64,000 nt of DNA from Guillardia theta CCMP2712 (lineage: Eukaryota; Protista; Cryptophyta). The notes beneath the pieces were generated by a model. It was not told the DNA's origin. It worked only from the letters and a program-made list of their open reading frames with translations, and searched no databases. Positions 1-9,598 of this stretch are shown in pieces; within the stretch, counting starts at the first letter, position 1, and every line of letters begins with the position of its first letter. The stretch spans positions 1 through 64,000 of the forward strand of contig NW_005434673.1 in the NCBI RefSeq assembly GCF_000315625.1, in the 5' to 3' direction. The position numbers were made by a program, and so were the translations under genes.

Positions 1-1742
1 CCCTGTCGGGCCCGTGACCAGCGCTTGTCGTGGAGGTTGCCAACGGCCTTGTCCAGGACCAGCTTGATCGGCTCGCTCGTCCCTGCCTCGTTCAAAGAAG
101 CTGCATCTTCGATGACTGCTGACAGCTCGCTGACGAGCTGCATGTCCTCTTGGCTTGACGGAGATGCTGCCTCCATGGTGATCCTCTCCAGGTCTGTAAA
201 CTCCAGCCACTCTCCCTCGCTCTCCTCCTGTCGCTGCGCTGCGTCGCTGGTGCCCCGCTGACCAGCCGCCTCAGAGTCAGGCTCCTTGTCGAAGCCGACT
301 GCTTCGAGCTTGGTTGCTGCGCCTTCGAGATAGAAGGGCAGCTCCTTCATCATGCGTCGAGCATCCTCCGTGGAGCCGAGGAGGATGCATAGCTTGGACC
401 CGTTCCAGGACTTGGTGTTCAAATCCTCCTCCATGTCGATGCCTTCAACGTTGATCTCGAGCCTGTTAGCGATCTCCAACAAGACTCTCTTGACTCTTGC
501 GATAGACGTGTTGCCGCCGTTGCACAGCCCCTCCATCTCCTTCCTCGTGAAGCGACCAGATGCCGCCGTCGACTTGATGATGATCTTGATCTCCTTGCCG
601 TCCTTGCCGCCTGCATTCTTCTGCATCCTTGATGCCTTCTTCAACTTATTTCTGGACACAAAGCGATCAGCTGTCAACTCGACTGCGAGCGCCTCTCTGA
701 TCTTCGGGTCCTCGCTGAACAGAGTCAGGTGTACTCCCTCCATCGCTTCGCTCTCTCGGAAAGCTCGAAATGCTGTATCATTCGCCTCTGGGCAGCTCGA
801 GGAGACGATCCACTCCACCTCCCTCTGTCTCCAGATGACGTTGGCCCCTACAGCGATGAAGCCTTTCTGACCTAAGCCTTTGTGGACTTGCTGTCCTGGC
901 GCCCCAGCGACCAGCATGCCTGCCAGCGGCTGGAGTTGGACCGCTGCAAGGGACTGGCGCAGCAGCTGATAGCGATAGACGGCAGCTATCTCAGCCGTTG
1001 TCATGCCGCCCAAGGTTAGCAGGTGAGTCAGCTCTGCCAAGCTGCCCCCTTTGCCCCAGGGTCCTCTCTTGGCTCGAATCTTGAAAGATCGATCGTGCAC
1101 GATGCTCACATGTACAGCTGTGAACTTGCGACCATCGATCGCGAAGTCCTCTCTTCCCTGCCAGAGCTTCTCCGCTTGTGCATTGCGGAGGAAGGAAACA
1201 GTCACCGGGATCTCCTCAGCACTCGCTATCTCGGGTCTATACGGAGCCTTCCACATGATTGCTTTACTCTCTTGCACTGAGTCTACGACCAGTCCGATCT
1301 CTTCGAATTTCTTCTTCAACTTCTCTTCATGGTTGACATACACCGAGGAGATGCCCAGGAGAGTCATGGAGATGAAGGAAGTCACCTCGTTGCCTGCTGA
1401 GGCGGTGTATGTCTCGACCTTCTCCTTCTTGGCTTCTTCAATCTGCTGCATAAACCACTCTCTGGATGCGTCACTCCATCCAGTCATTGCTTCTTGTAGA
1501 AGCTCACGTCGTGCCTGCTGACATGTCGAGCGGATGGCTTCTGCGATAGCGTCGGGGGTGCATCCCTCCACAGCCTTGCAAGCCTGGGCTGTCCTGCTGT
1601 TCGGATAACGCTTCGCGAAGCTCTTCACCCTCTCGACGAGATCAGCTTCGAGGACAGAGGCATCCACAAGTCCGCTCTGCGTGTATTGGCATGATCTCCG
1701 ATACAGCAGGTTGCGAACATTTTCATCATACTGAAGAACCAT
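1..1742 (-). CDS. Retroelement ORF, N-terminal ~580 aa, partial and not listed in the ORF track (MVLQYDENVRNLLYRRSCQYTQ...GPWGKGG...MEAASPS...LDKAVGNLHDK...)
   Basis: Manual translation from ATG 1742 shows no stop down to the window edge. It aligns with ORFs 4569..5393 and 4099..4782, with many synonymous differences. Confidence 0.8.
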   Translation of the reverse strand, partial: MVLQYDENVRNLLYRRSCQYTQSGLVDASVLEADLVERVKSFAKRYPNSRTAQACKAVEGCTPDAIAEAIRSTCQQARRELLQEAMTGWSDASREWFMQQIEEAKKEKVETYTASAGNEVTSFISMTLLGISSVYVNHEEKLKKKFEEIGLVVDSVQESKAIMWKAPYRPEIASAEEIPVTVSFLRNAQAEKLWQGREDFAIDGRKFTAVHVSIVHDRSFKIRAKRGPWGKGGSLAELTHLLTLGGMTTAEIAAVYRYQLLRQSLAAVQLQPLAGMLVAGAPGQQVHKGLGQKGFIAVGANVIWRQREVEWIVSSSCPEANDTAFRAFRESEAMEGVHLTLFSEDPKIREALAVELTADRFVSRNKLKKASRMQKNAGGKDGKEIKIIIKSTAASGRFTRKEMEGLCNGGNTSIARVKRVLLEIANRLEINVEGIDMEEDLNTKSWNGSKLCILLGSTEDARRMMKELPFYLEGAATKLEAVGFDKEPDSEAAGQRGTSDAAQRQEESEGEWLEFTDLERITMEAASPSSQEDMQLVSELSAVIEDAASLNEAGTSEPIKLVLDKAVGNLHDKRWSRARQ

Positions 1743-1853
1743 ACTTAGAAAGCTATTTGAAGTATACAAACCTCTCGCTTGCAGCTTCCTTGGCGCCCTG
1801 GCGGCTTCCCCTACACCTGGCAGGGAGCCATGCTGCCGAAAATAACGGCGCCT
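1..1853 (-). mobile_element. Telomere-inserted non-LTR retroelement copy A (5' part; continues off the window edge)
   Basis: Begins directly at a (CCCTAAA)n tract and is clearly homologous to copy C (4099-5475) at DNA and protein level. It carries an intronless minus-strand ORF that stays open to position 1. Confidence 0.8.
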
Positions 1854-1895
1854 CTAAACCCTAAACCCTAAACCCTAAACCCACCCTAAACCCTA
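1854..1895 (+). repeat. Telomeric repeat tract (CCCTAAA)n with one variant unit
   Basis: ctaaaccctaaaccctaaaccctaaacccaccctaaacccta. Confidence 0.95.
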
Positions 1896-3494
1896 TTATT
1901 ATTATTATTATTTGAGTTTATTAGACTCTTAGTCAAGAGTTTCATAGCTAAGAACTATTGCTCTTCGCTCATCTCTCGCCTAATGATCCGTCTAAAGGGG
2001 TTCCCAACCTTGGGAGGTTGGCCCATTTTCCTATAGGCCCCTTAGGCCTGGTTGCTTCCGTATTAGTTGTTTTCAGTAACGATGTCCTCCGGGCCCGTTC
2101 CAATTCCGATCCCGTTCCCCTTCCTTATTTTCGCTAAGTGCCGTTGCACCTTCCTGCCCCTTCCCCCCCCAACATGCAGGTCGCCCACTGTGGCAAGGCT
2201 GTACCTGCTCCTGCTGGCTAGCCCTTCTCTTCTTCCTTTCATGCGGCCCATGACCATGCGCCATGGGTGGTTTGCCCATGAGCCGCGCTTGCCCCCATCG
2301 GACTACATCGACTCTCTTACCCTTCTTGTCGTCCATAGCGTATGTTGTACCGCCAGCAGTTGCTTGATTGCTGCTGTCTTGATGCCTTCCCATTCCGTGT
2401 CATCCACCCTTAGCCTCCTGAAATTCTCATGCCATTCCCTCTCCATGATCGATCCTTTCACTCCTGCTATGAATGTTGCTTGTTCCACTTCATGGTCAGG
2501 TAGCAAAGCTGTGATTTCTGCTCGTAGGGGGGCATATTTCTCTTCCTTTTCCTGAAATTTCTTCTTCAGGCATTCCAGACTTGTTTGTTCGACTCCGTCA
2601 TATTCCGATGTCCTTGCAAATTCGATGAGGACAATGCGTTTGATGCTTGCAAAGTAGCAGCAACCGTCTGGTATCCATTGCCCTTCTCGGTGCATTGAAG
2701 TCCCCATCGCTTCCATCACGATGCGTATTGGAGTGTCCCACCATGAATTGACCTGTACCCTTTGTTTCCTCCAGCTCTGCTGCAGTCTTACCTTGATCTT
2801 CTTCATGACTTCGTTGTGTGCTTTTTGAATCATATCTTGGAACTGCTTGCACGCCAGCTGAACATGACCCCAGGTTTCTTCTCGGTCTGGACAGTGAGGA
2901 CAACATGGTGAGTTAGTCTTCCCCCATTGAAAGAGCTTCTTCCTCGTCGGTGCTGAGAAGGTGATCGCTTGGATAGCTGTTCGCGTAACTGACCCTTCGC
3001 ATAATCTGAACGCTCTCCCTAGTAAATCTCTTCCCACATGCATTTCGAGCATGAATTTCTCTGTCAAGGTGAGGTCTCCCGCTCGAATCCTTGCCACCAT
3101 TGTCTGTTGTCTGATAATGTAGTCCCATTTCTTCAAGCGATCGAATCCTGATGTAGGATTTTCTTCTCCTGCAATGATGAATTCCATTGGGCTATCGTAG
3201 ATTGCTTTCTCCCATCCCGAGGCAACTGCTTGTTTTCCTTGCTTGGCCAATTCTTTGGCCTCTTGAATGTGTCTCTGAGATTCTTTTGCTAGTTGGAGTC
3301 GGATCCTGATTCCCCTTCCTTCGAGTTTCTTCATGCAAGTGAGTAACCGATCATGTAAGTCCTCCAGCAGTTCGTCTTCGTATCGCATGGTATCCATTCG
3401 CAACGTATTTGTCATAAAGCGGTGGAAACGTGTGGACTGGTACATTATTGTGACTTGATTTCCCCTTTTGATCTGTATTCCTTCCTCAAGGACA
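1894..3494 (-). mobile_element. 5'-truncated RLE-type non-LTR retrotransposon copy B with (TAA)n tail
   Basis: Flanked by telomeric tracts on both sides. The ORF is open up to the 5' junction, followed by a ~400 bp 3' UTR, AATAAA (in TCTAATAAACTCAA) and a (TAA)n tail joined to TAGGG. Confidence 0.88.
2303..3494 (-). CDS. C-terminal part of retrotransposon protein: post-RT region, CCHC zinc knuckle and restriction-like endonuclease (PD-(D/E)xK-type)
   Basis: CPHCPDREETWGHVQLAC (Cx2Cx8Hx4C), KAHNEV (RHN-like), IPDG...IVLIEF, and KEEKY...FIAGVKG. These motifs occur in the order typical of RLE non-LTR elements. Confidence 0.85.
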
Positions 3495-3517
3495 TAAACC
3501 CTAAACCCTAAACCCTA
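3495..3517 (+). repeat. Telomeric repeat tract (CCCTAAA)n
   Basis: taaaccctaaaccctaaacccta, lying between copies B and C. Confidence 0.95.
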
Positions 3518-5475
3518 GTAGTAGTAGTAGTAGTAGTAGTTGAGTTTATTAGAATGCTAGGTAGGTTGCATGGCTTGTTATCACCTTGCTCTATTCTAGT
3601 CTAACAGGGATCTCGTGACCTGGCAGTTCGGCCCGACTTGGCTGGCCCTTATGGCAGCCGTGCTTCTGCTCTGCTCCCTCCTCTGATATACTTCAGTGAT
3701 CTTCCCCGGCCTCAGCCAGTGGAGTTTCCTCCGCCGGCCTTGGCCTGGGTCGTCCGTGCTTTGCTTGTGTTGCTTCCTCGGCTCCGACACACCTTGGCGG
3801 TCTCGGCCGGCCTTCGGCCAGTGAGTGAATGAAGGATGAGGTGGCAGGTGGGTTGTGGATGGGTCCCTGGGACTCACGTCCCTTCCCCCCGGGCCTCGGT
3901 CCGGACCGGGCCCGAGAGCCCGGCCGGCCTCCGCCCGGCCTCCTCCTCCCGGCCCCCCTCCCCCCTCTCCCACCGGCTTACCTGCCCTTACCTTCGTTGC
4001 TTGCCCCATGTCCACCTCATTTATTTCTTCCTCCTTCCCCCCATGGGGCCAACAGCTCCGCTCCGCCTCTTGTCCACCTCTAAGACTTGACTCGAGCTTC
4101 AAGCGCGCGAGAGGCCTGCACCGGCCTCCTCCTCCACGCCCTCGCCCTCCTCAGCCTCCATGTCGACTTCCTCCCTCATCATCAGCCGCAGTCGGTCTTG
4201 CTTGTCGACCTTGCCCGTGCAGCTCAACCCATGGTGCTCAGCAAATTTACTGATCGCAAGAAACAAGAGGCTTACAGATCGACTCTCGATGTCATCGCTC
4301 TCAGCCTCCTGCTCGAGTGCATCAGTCGCTGCTGCCCTTGGAGAGAAGGCGCTGCCCCTCCTCGCTGCCTTATTCCCTTGCACCCGTGTCCAGCGCTGCT
4401 CGCCGAGGTACGCTCTGAGCTTTTCTTTCAACATGTTTCGCTTCGATCCCAGCGTCGGCGTGGCTGCCCAAGCTCCGAGCGTCATGAACTCCACGTTGCC
4501 CGGCGAGCAGAAGGTGTCATGCAGCTTCCCAACACTCTTGTCTAGCTCCAGGGAGATCGGCTTGCCAGCTAGCAGCTCCTCCTCTGATGTCTCCAAGAGC
4601 ATCGTCGAGAGGTCGACCAAGACCTGTTGATCGACTGGCCCTGACGGCGACGCTGCTTCCATCCTCCCTTGCCCCAAGGTCCTCGCTTGGCTCGAAGCTT
4701 GAACGACCGGTCGTGTGCAATGCTGACCTCTGTGGCTCGAAACGATCTGCCGTCTATGGTGTATTCTCTCCTGCCTTCCCATAGCTCCATGGCTGCTTCA
4801 TTCCGAAGGAAGGAGACGGTGACTGAGATGTCGTCTGCTCGTGCTATCTCAGGTCTGTAAGGTGCTTTCCACATGATGGCCTTGTCGACTCCATCGACTG
4901 AGTCTACCATGAGATCCAGCTCCATAAGCTTCGATTTCAACTTTTCTTCTTGTCGAACAAACATCGAGGAAATCCCTAGGAGAGTCATGGAGATGAAGGA
5001 GGTCCCCTCGGTGCCTTCGGTGCCGATGTATGTCTCGACATTCTGCTTCTTGGCCTCCTCCATCTGTTGAATAAACCATGCTCTCGACTCTGAGCTCCAT
5101 TCGCTCAGAGAGTCTTCAAACAGGTCGCGTCTCGCCTGCCGACATGTCGAGCGGATGGCTTCAGCGATAGCGTCGGGAGTGCATCCCCCCTCAGCTCTGC
5201 AAGCATAAGCTGTCCGACTATTCGGATAACGCTTGGTGAAGCTCTTCACCTTCTCGACGAGGTCGGCGGCCTCCTCGACGTGGCCTCCAGAGCGCTCACC
5301 CTGCGTGTATTGGCATGATCTCCGATACAGCAGGTTGCGAACGCTCTCATCATACTGTAGTACCATGCTTAGAAAGCTTTTTGAACGATACAAACCTCTT
5401 GCTCGCAGCTTCCTCCGGTCCCCTTGTGCTCCCCCTACGCGCCGCGGATGTGCATGCCTCGGGAAGGGGCGGCCT
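3516..5475 (-). mobile_element. Internally deleted, non-autonomous copy C (~2 kb) with (CTA)n tail
   Basis: Its 5' end is homologous to copy A and it shares the 3' terminal 14-mer with copy B. No RT or endonuclease motifs are visible, and it is flanked by telomeric tracts. Confidence 0.82.
4099..5367 (-). pseudogene. Frameshifted remnant of the retroelement ORF (ORFs 4569..5393 and 4099..4782)
   Basis: After GPWGKG the similarity to copy A jumps ~870 bp, to MEAASPS, in another frame (breakpoint ~4663). Confidence 0.75.
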
Positions 5476-5506
5476 CCCTAACCCTAAACCCTAAACCCTA
5501 AACCCT
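5476..5506 (+). repeat. Telomeric repeat tract (one CCCTAA plus CCCTAAA units)
   Basis: ccctaaccctaaaccctaaaccctaaaccct. Confidence 0.95.
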
Positions 5507-5931
5507 GATCATACTGTAGTACCATACTTAGAAGCTGTTTCAACTATACCAAGAACTTGCTTGCAGCTTCCTCCGTTCCCGGGCCCTTGCGCTCTCCCTA
5601 CGCGCTGCAGAGCAGCATGCTCAGTCTTACTAAGGGCGGCCGGCTGCTCTTTACTAAGGGCCGGCTGCTCCTTTACTAAGGGCCGGCTGCTCTTACTAAG
5701 GGCCGGCTGCTCTTACTAAGGGCCGGCTGCTCCTTTACTAAGGGCCGGCTAAGGGCCGGCTGCTCTTACTAAGGGCCGGCTGCTCTTCAAGGCTTACTAA
5801 GGGCCGGCTGCTCTTACTAAGGGCCGGCTGCTCCTTTACTAAGGGCCGGCTGCTCTTACTAAGGGCCGGCTGCTCTCACTAAGGGCCGGCTGCTCTTACT
5901 AAGGGCCGGCTGCTCTTACTAAGGGCCGGCT
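5507..5931 (-). mobile_element. Copy D: 5'-end fragment of the same family, 3'-truncated
   Basis: 5507-5620 matches 5349-5457 of copy C and ~1725-1833 of copy A (atcatactgtagtaccat...gcagcttcct...cta...gcatgc). Confidence 0.75.
5626..5931. repeat. Tandem minisatellite, 20-22 bp unit TTACTAAGGGCCGGCTGCTC(CT), ~14 copies
   Basis: Directly visible head-to-tail units with no spacers. Confidence 0.95.
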
Positions 5932-5976
5932 CCTAAACCCTAAACCCTAAACCCTAAACCCTAAGAATTAAACCCT
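5932..5976 (+). repeat. Innermost telomeric tract (CCCTAAA)n, degenerate on its proximal side
   Basis: cctaaaccctaaaccctaaaccctaaaccctaagaattaaaccct. Confidence 0.93.
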
Positions 5977-6336
5977 GCGATCCGATGATCCCGGCCGGCG
6001 TCGGGCCACCGGCCGGCTGGTGGTCTAAAAACCCCGTGGCTTTTAGGCTGATGTAGGCGATGAACGTCATCACCACACGAACGACCACATGAACTCTCTT
6101 CTCCTTGTTCGTTCCCCCTGTCCGCTTGTGTCTGCACTTTTTTAAAAGATCGCGTTGTCTCTCCCTCTCCACTTCTCCTCCTCTCCTGTTTCATTGTTTC
6201 TAGTGCTCATAAGCTCAAATTTAGAGTGGAGAAAGCATCTAGCATTTGAGAACAAAAGTTTAACCTTGCTGATAACGTACATGTGCGTGTGTGCATTTTC
6301 TGTCATTCATTCTCAAGATTGATATTTGCAGAGAAC

Positions 6337-8951
6337 ATGCAAGATGAGGCGATCCCAGTGGAGAACCGTTGGGTTCCCTTGTCCACCTTGGAGCCAGACA
6401 GAGGAGGGATCCGCGGGAGGGGTACTGCAATTCAGTTCAGTTCAATACGAATGCATTGAGACGATTTGATATAAATAGGGCGTGGGAGACGAGGACGAGG
6501 AGGAGCTGGTATGGACAACCCCCGAATTCCTTCAGTGATGATGGCCGGATCAGGTTGGCGTAGATCTCATGGTTCTCGATTAAAATGCAATGCTCAGATG
6601 CGATAGCGGCCTTCAAACAAGCAAGAAGTTTAAATTCCGGTATCTTGATCTCGCGCCATTGTGAACTCTGACCATGAATGTTGATAACCTCACATGGACA
6701 GAGTCCCATGATCGTAAGGTTTGCTGCTGAAACCTCCATGTTCTGTTGTTTCCTGTCAACTTCTGAAGTTCGCATTCTTGCCCATGAACAGGAATTTCAT
6801 GTCAACGGGGGATTGAATGCACAAAAGTGAATCTAGGTGCGATGTATTTAGACTTCTTATACCTTGGTGCAGCTGGAGCACATATCAAAATCGATCCAAC
6901 CTTCAAAAATCTCGTAGAGAGGGTAAAAGTGTCAAGGAAATCACTGTTCAAGATGCCATCAAAGAACTTGAAGAAAAAGCAAGTTCCGTTCATCGCCAAA
7001 ACCTTGGTGGCAGAATTTCGTTGTGGGGACAGGTGAGTTTAGGGTGGTGTGAATTGATGAGGTCTAATTGATCCTTTGATGTTCCTCTGCCGCAGTGGTC
7101 CAGAAGAATGGAGGACAATCGTCTCGATGCAGACTTGAAATACGTTGACAATGAACAGGTTGCAGTTGCTTTCTTGTTGTAGCTCTGTCTGTTCAAATTT
7201 CTAAAACAGGGTGGGTCCGTGGTTTCTTTTGACGAAGTGTTTATCCGGAGTAGAGCATTGGAAGAAGCAGTTGCCAGCTTGATACGAAATGTGAGATTTT
7301 TCTTCCATACTCTATTTTATGTTGAAATTTCTTGTTTGCAAACTTTTTTCTCCCCACAATGATGATCCGACTGCCACTAGCCGGTTCCGGACGACACAGA
7401 GATTACTTTCCTGTTCTCCCACTGTCTAGAGGGCGATGCCCTATTTCACCGTAAACTGGCTGAAGGCTTTAAAACTATTGGAGAATGCTTCCGCGAAAGT
7501 GGACGTACAATTCCAGAAGAATTCGTAGGCCAAATTCTTGTGGTGGTCACCTCGTTGAAAGTCGGATTCTCTCCGCTATCTATCCTTCCAATCTAAATTT
7601 TGTCGCAGGTAAATCCAAAATTAAAGAGGACAAGTGGAATCACGCTGAACAAAATAGACGATGAGATCTCTTTCAATTTAGCCAAGGCACAAGTAAGTTT
7701 ATGTCATGTGACGTTCCCCCTCGAAAAGTCTTTTGACATGCTTGATTTGAAAGGAGCTTCAAAAGGATAACGCGATGGCTGCAAAGGAAGCGATGTTCAG
7801 ATGTACTTCCGAATTGGTACGGCTGGGACTCGAGAAAAATAAGTTGTTGGTGGGCATGACATCTTGCTTGTTTGCGTCTGGCTGCTGAATTTAGTTTCAG
7901 TCATCATCCACTCTTCCTTTCACCGAAGCCTTCGAAGAAGGGCATGTTCGCGCCGTCTTTGAGGAAATGAATTCCGTGATCTCTGCAATCTTGCAAGAAG
8001 CTACCACAAGGTATAACACTGCAGAGATGCAATATGAAACATTTCAAAGCAAGATCAAGACTGCTATGATGGGGGATGACGCTGAGTACCTTCGGGTGGT
8101 TGAAGAAGATCAAAGGTTGGACACAGAGCTCGCAAGGCTCATGGCCCGCAAACGAGAACTCCAAGCTCAGCTGGAGGAGGTCTCTATACAGATTTCGTCA
8201 GTGGAACAGAAGAAACGAAATCATCATGCGGCAAGCCACAAGATCATGGCAACGTACCACAAAAGGATGAAATCTTTCCAGGGAGAAGACGACAAGATGT
8301 CGATCGCGTACAAGAACGCCAAAGCCGCCTTCGAGCGATGCCAGCGGGGCCATTCTTTCGTTTCAAGCTTATGTGACGATACTTTCGGGTCGATGCAAGA
8401 GCGGACGACAAAAGGCGACAGGGATAAGAAGGAAGCCAATAAGCAGTTGCTGCAATTCATCTCAACTCATCTCGAGGCAATGAAAGCGTCCATCGATCTC
8501 GTCCATCGCAGATTTGATTTCTGCCGCTCAAAGCTTGATGGCATGCGTTCCGAGCTGCAGGAAGCAAAAGAAATCGGCCTCGCAGACTTGGCAGCTGATC
8601 TCGCCAGTGCGATAGGGAAATTTGAAGAGATGCAGGTAAGTGGAGACTAAGACGGCTTGCAAGAGTTGACCAGGACCAGGTTGGTGCATATCGCGGTCTT
8701 GACGGATCGAAACAAGAAATGAAGCGAGTACACAAGGTGCACAGTAGCTCGTTCGGTATTGCTCCTGACTCATTTCAAAGATCTTGAGCTCACTAATGGT
8801 CGACGAGGAAGACTATCAGATCAAAACGCAGATCGAAAGGGTGATGTGACCCACACTTGGGTGATGGACGATGACGTAATCACAGGACCTCTCCCTTCTC
8901 CAACAAAAAATCGAAGAGTTGGAGACTAAATCATCTGCACGAGTCTCCTGA
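6337..8951 (+). CDS. Multi-exon coiled-coil protein of unknown function (5' boundary approximate)
   Basis: ORF 7967..8650 is heptad-rich. A chain of short GT-AG-bounded exons ends ...IEELETKSSARVS*. Confidence 0.5.
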
Positions 8952-9032
8952 AATTGATTTCTTGATTAGTCTTACTTTAGGCGTGTTGTTTGATGCAATT
9001 ATAGCTACTAGAGCAATGGTCTCAGATCTCTT

Positions 9033-9598
9033 CTAATTCTTTCGCATCAGCAGATAGACTTTTGTATCTAATTCAAGCTTGTTCAGCTGCTGTTCATCTC
9101 CCCTCAAGTGCATCAGGAGTCCCCCGAATGACACAAACACGGACCTGCACACACGTCATTGATGCACACCACTGTATAGTAGAACATTTCAGTTTCTCCA
9201 GGCTTTCGGTATTGCTTGAAAACTTTTCCATGCATGACATACTCAAAGTCATCAGCAAAAGTCTCTACGCCTGCAACGCCATCAATCTCTAACACGATAT
9301 TCCCATACCTTCTACCGCTCTGGTCATACACTCCCTCATCTGGCTCGCCATCCTTTCGCAGGTTAGTTGACAAGGCCATTGAAAAACGATCGAAGATTTT
9401 CATGGGGTAGATTTCCGTATTGATGTCGATGGTGAGCTCTAACCCATAGGTTTGGCTCAGTGCTTGGATTCGCGAGACTTAGAACAATAAAGTCATGACC
9501 TTCAACCCAGTGATGAGCATATTGATACCATTGTCAAACTTCTTGCCATCCTGGTCGATATCTTTAACATCAAACAAATCCTCCAGAAGAAACACCAT
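9033..9598 (-). CDS. RPB8: RNA polymerase I/II/III shared subunit RPB8 (RPABC3), spliced
   Basis: MVFLLEDLFDVKDIDQDGKKFD..SRI..LELTIDINTEIYPM..ADDFEYVMHGKVFK..SFGGLLMHLRG..VYLLMRKN*. Confidence 0.95.

Noticed and set aside
25-1521. Plus-strand ORFs 25..261, 352..870 and 1051..1521 (and similar ones at 3829-5481)
   Set aside because: Antisense shadows of the minus-strand retroelement ORF.
1780-1853. HDV-like ribozyme at element 5' ends
   Set aside because: I could not build the nested double pseudoknot by eye; it needs an Infernal/RNArobo search.
5626-5931. CRISPR-like array
   Set aside because: The units are directly adjacent with no unique spacers, the context is eukaryotic, and there are no cas genes.
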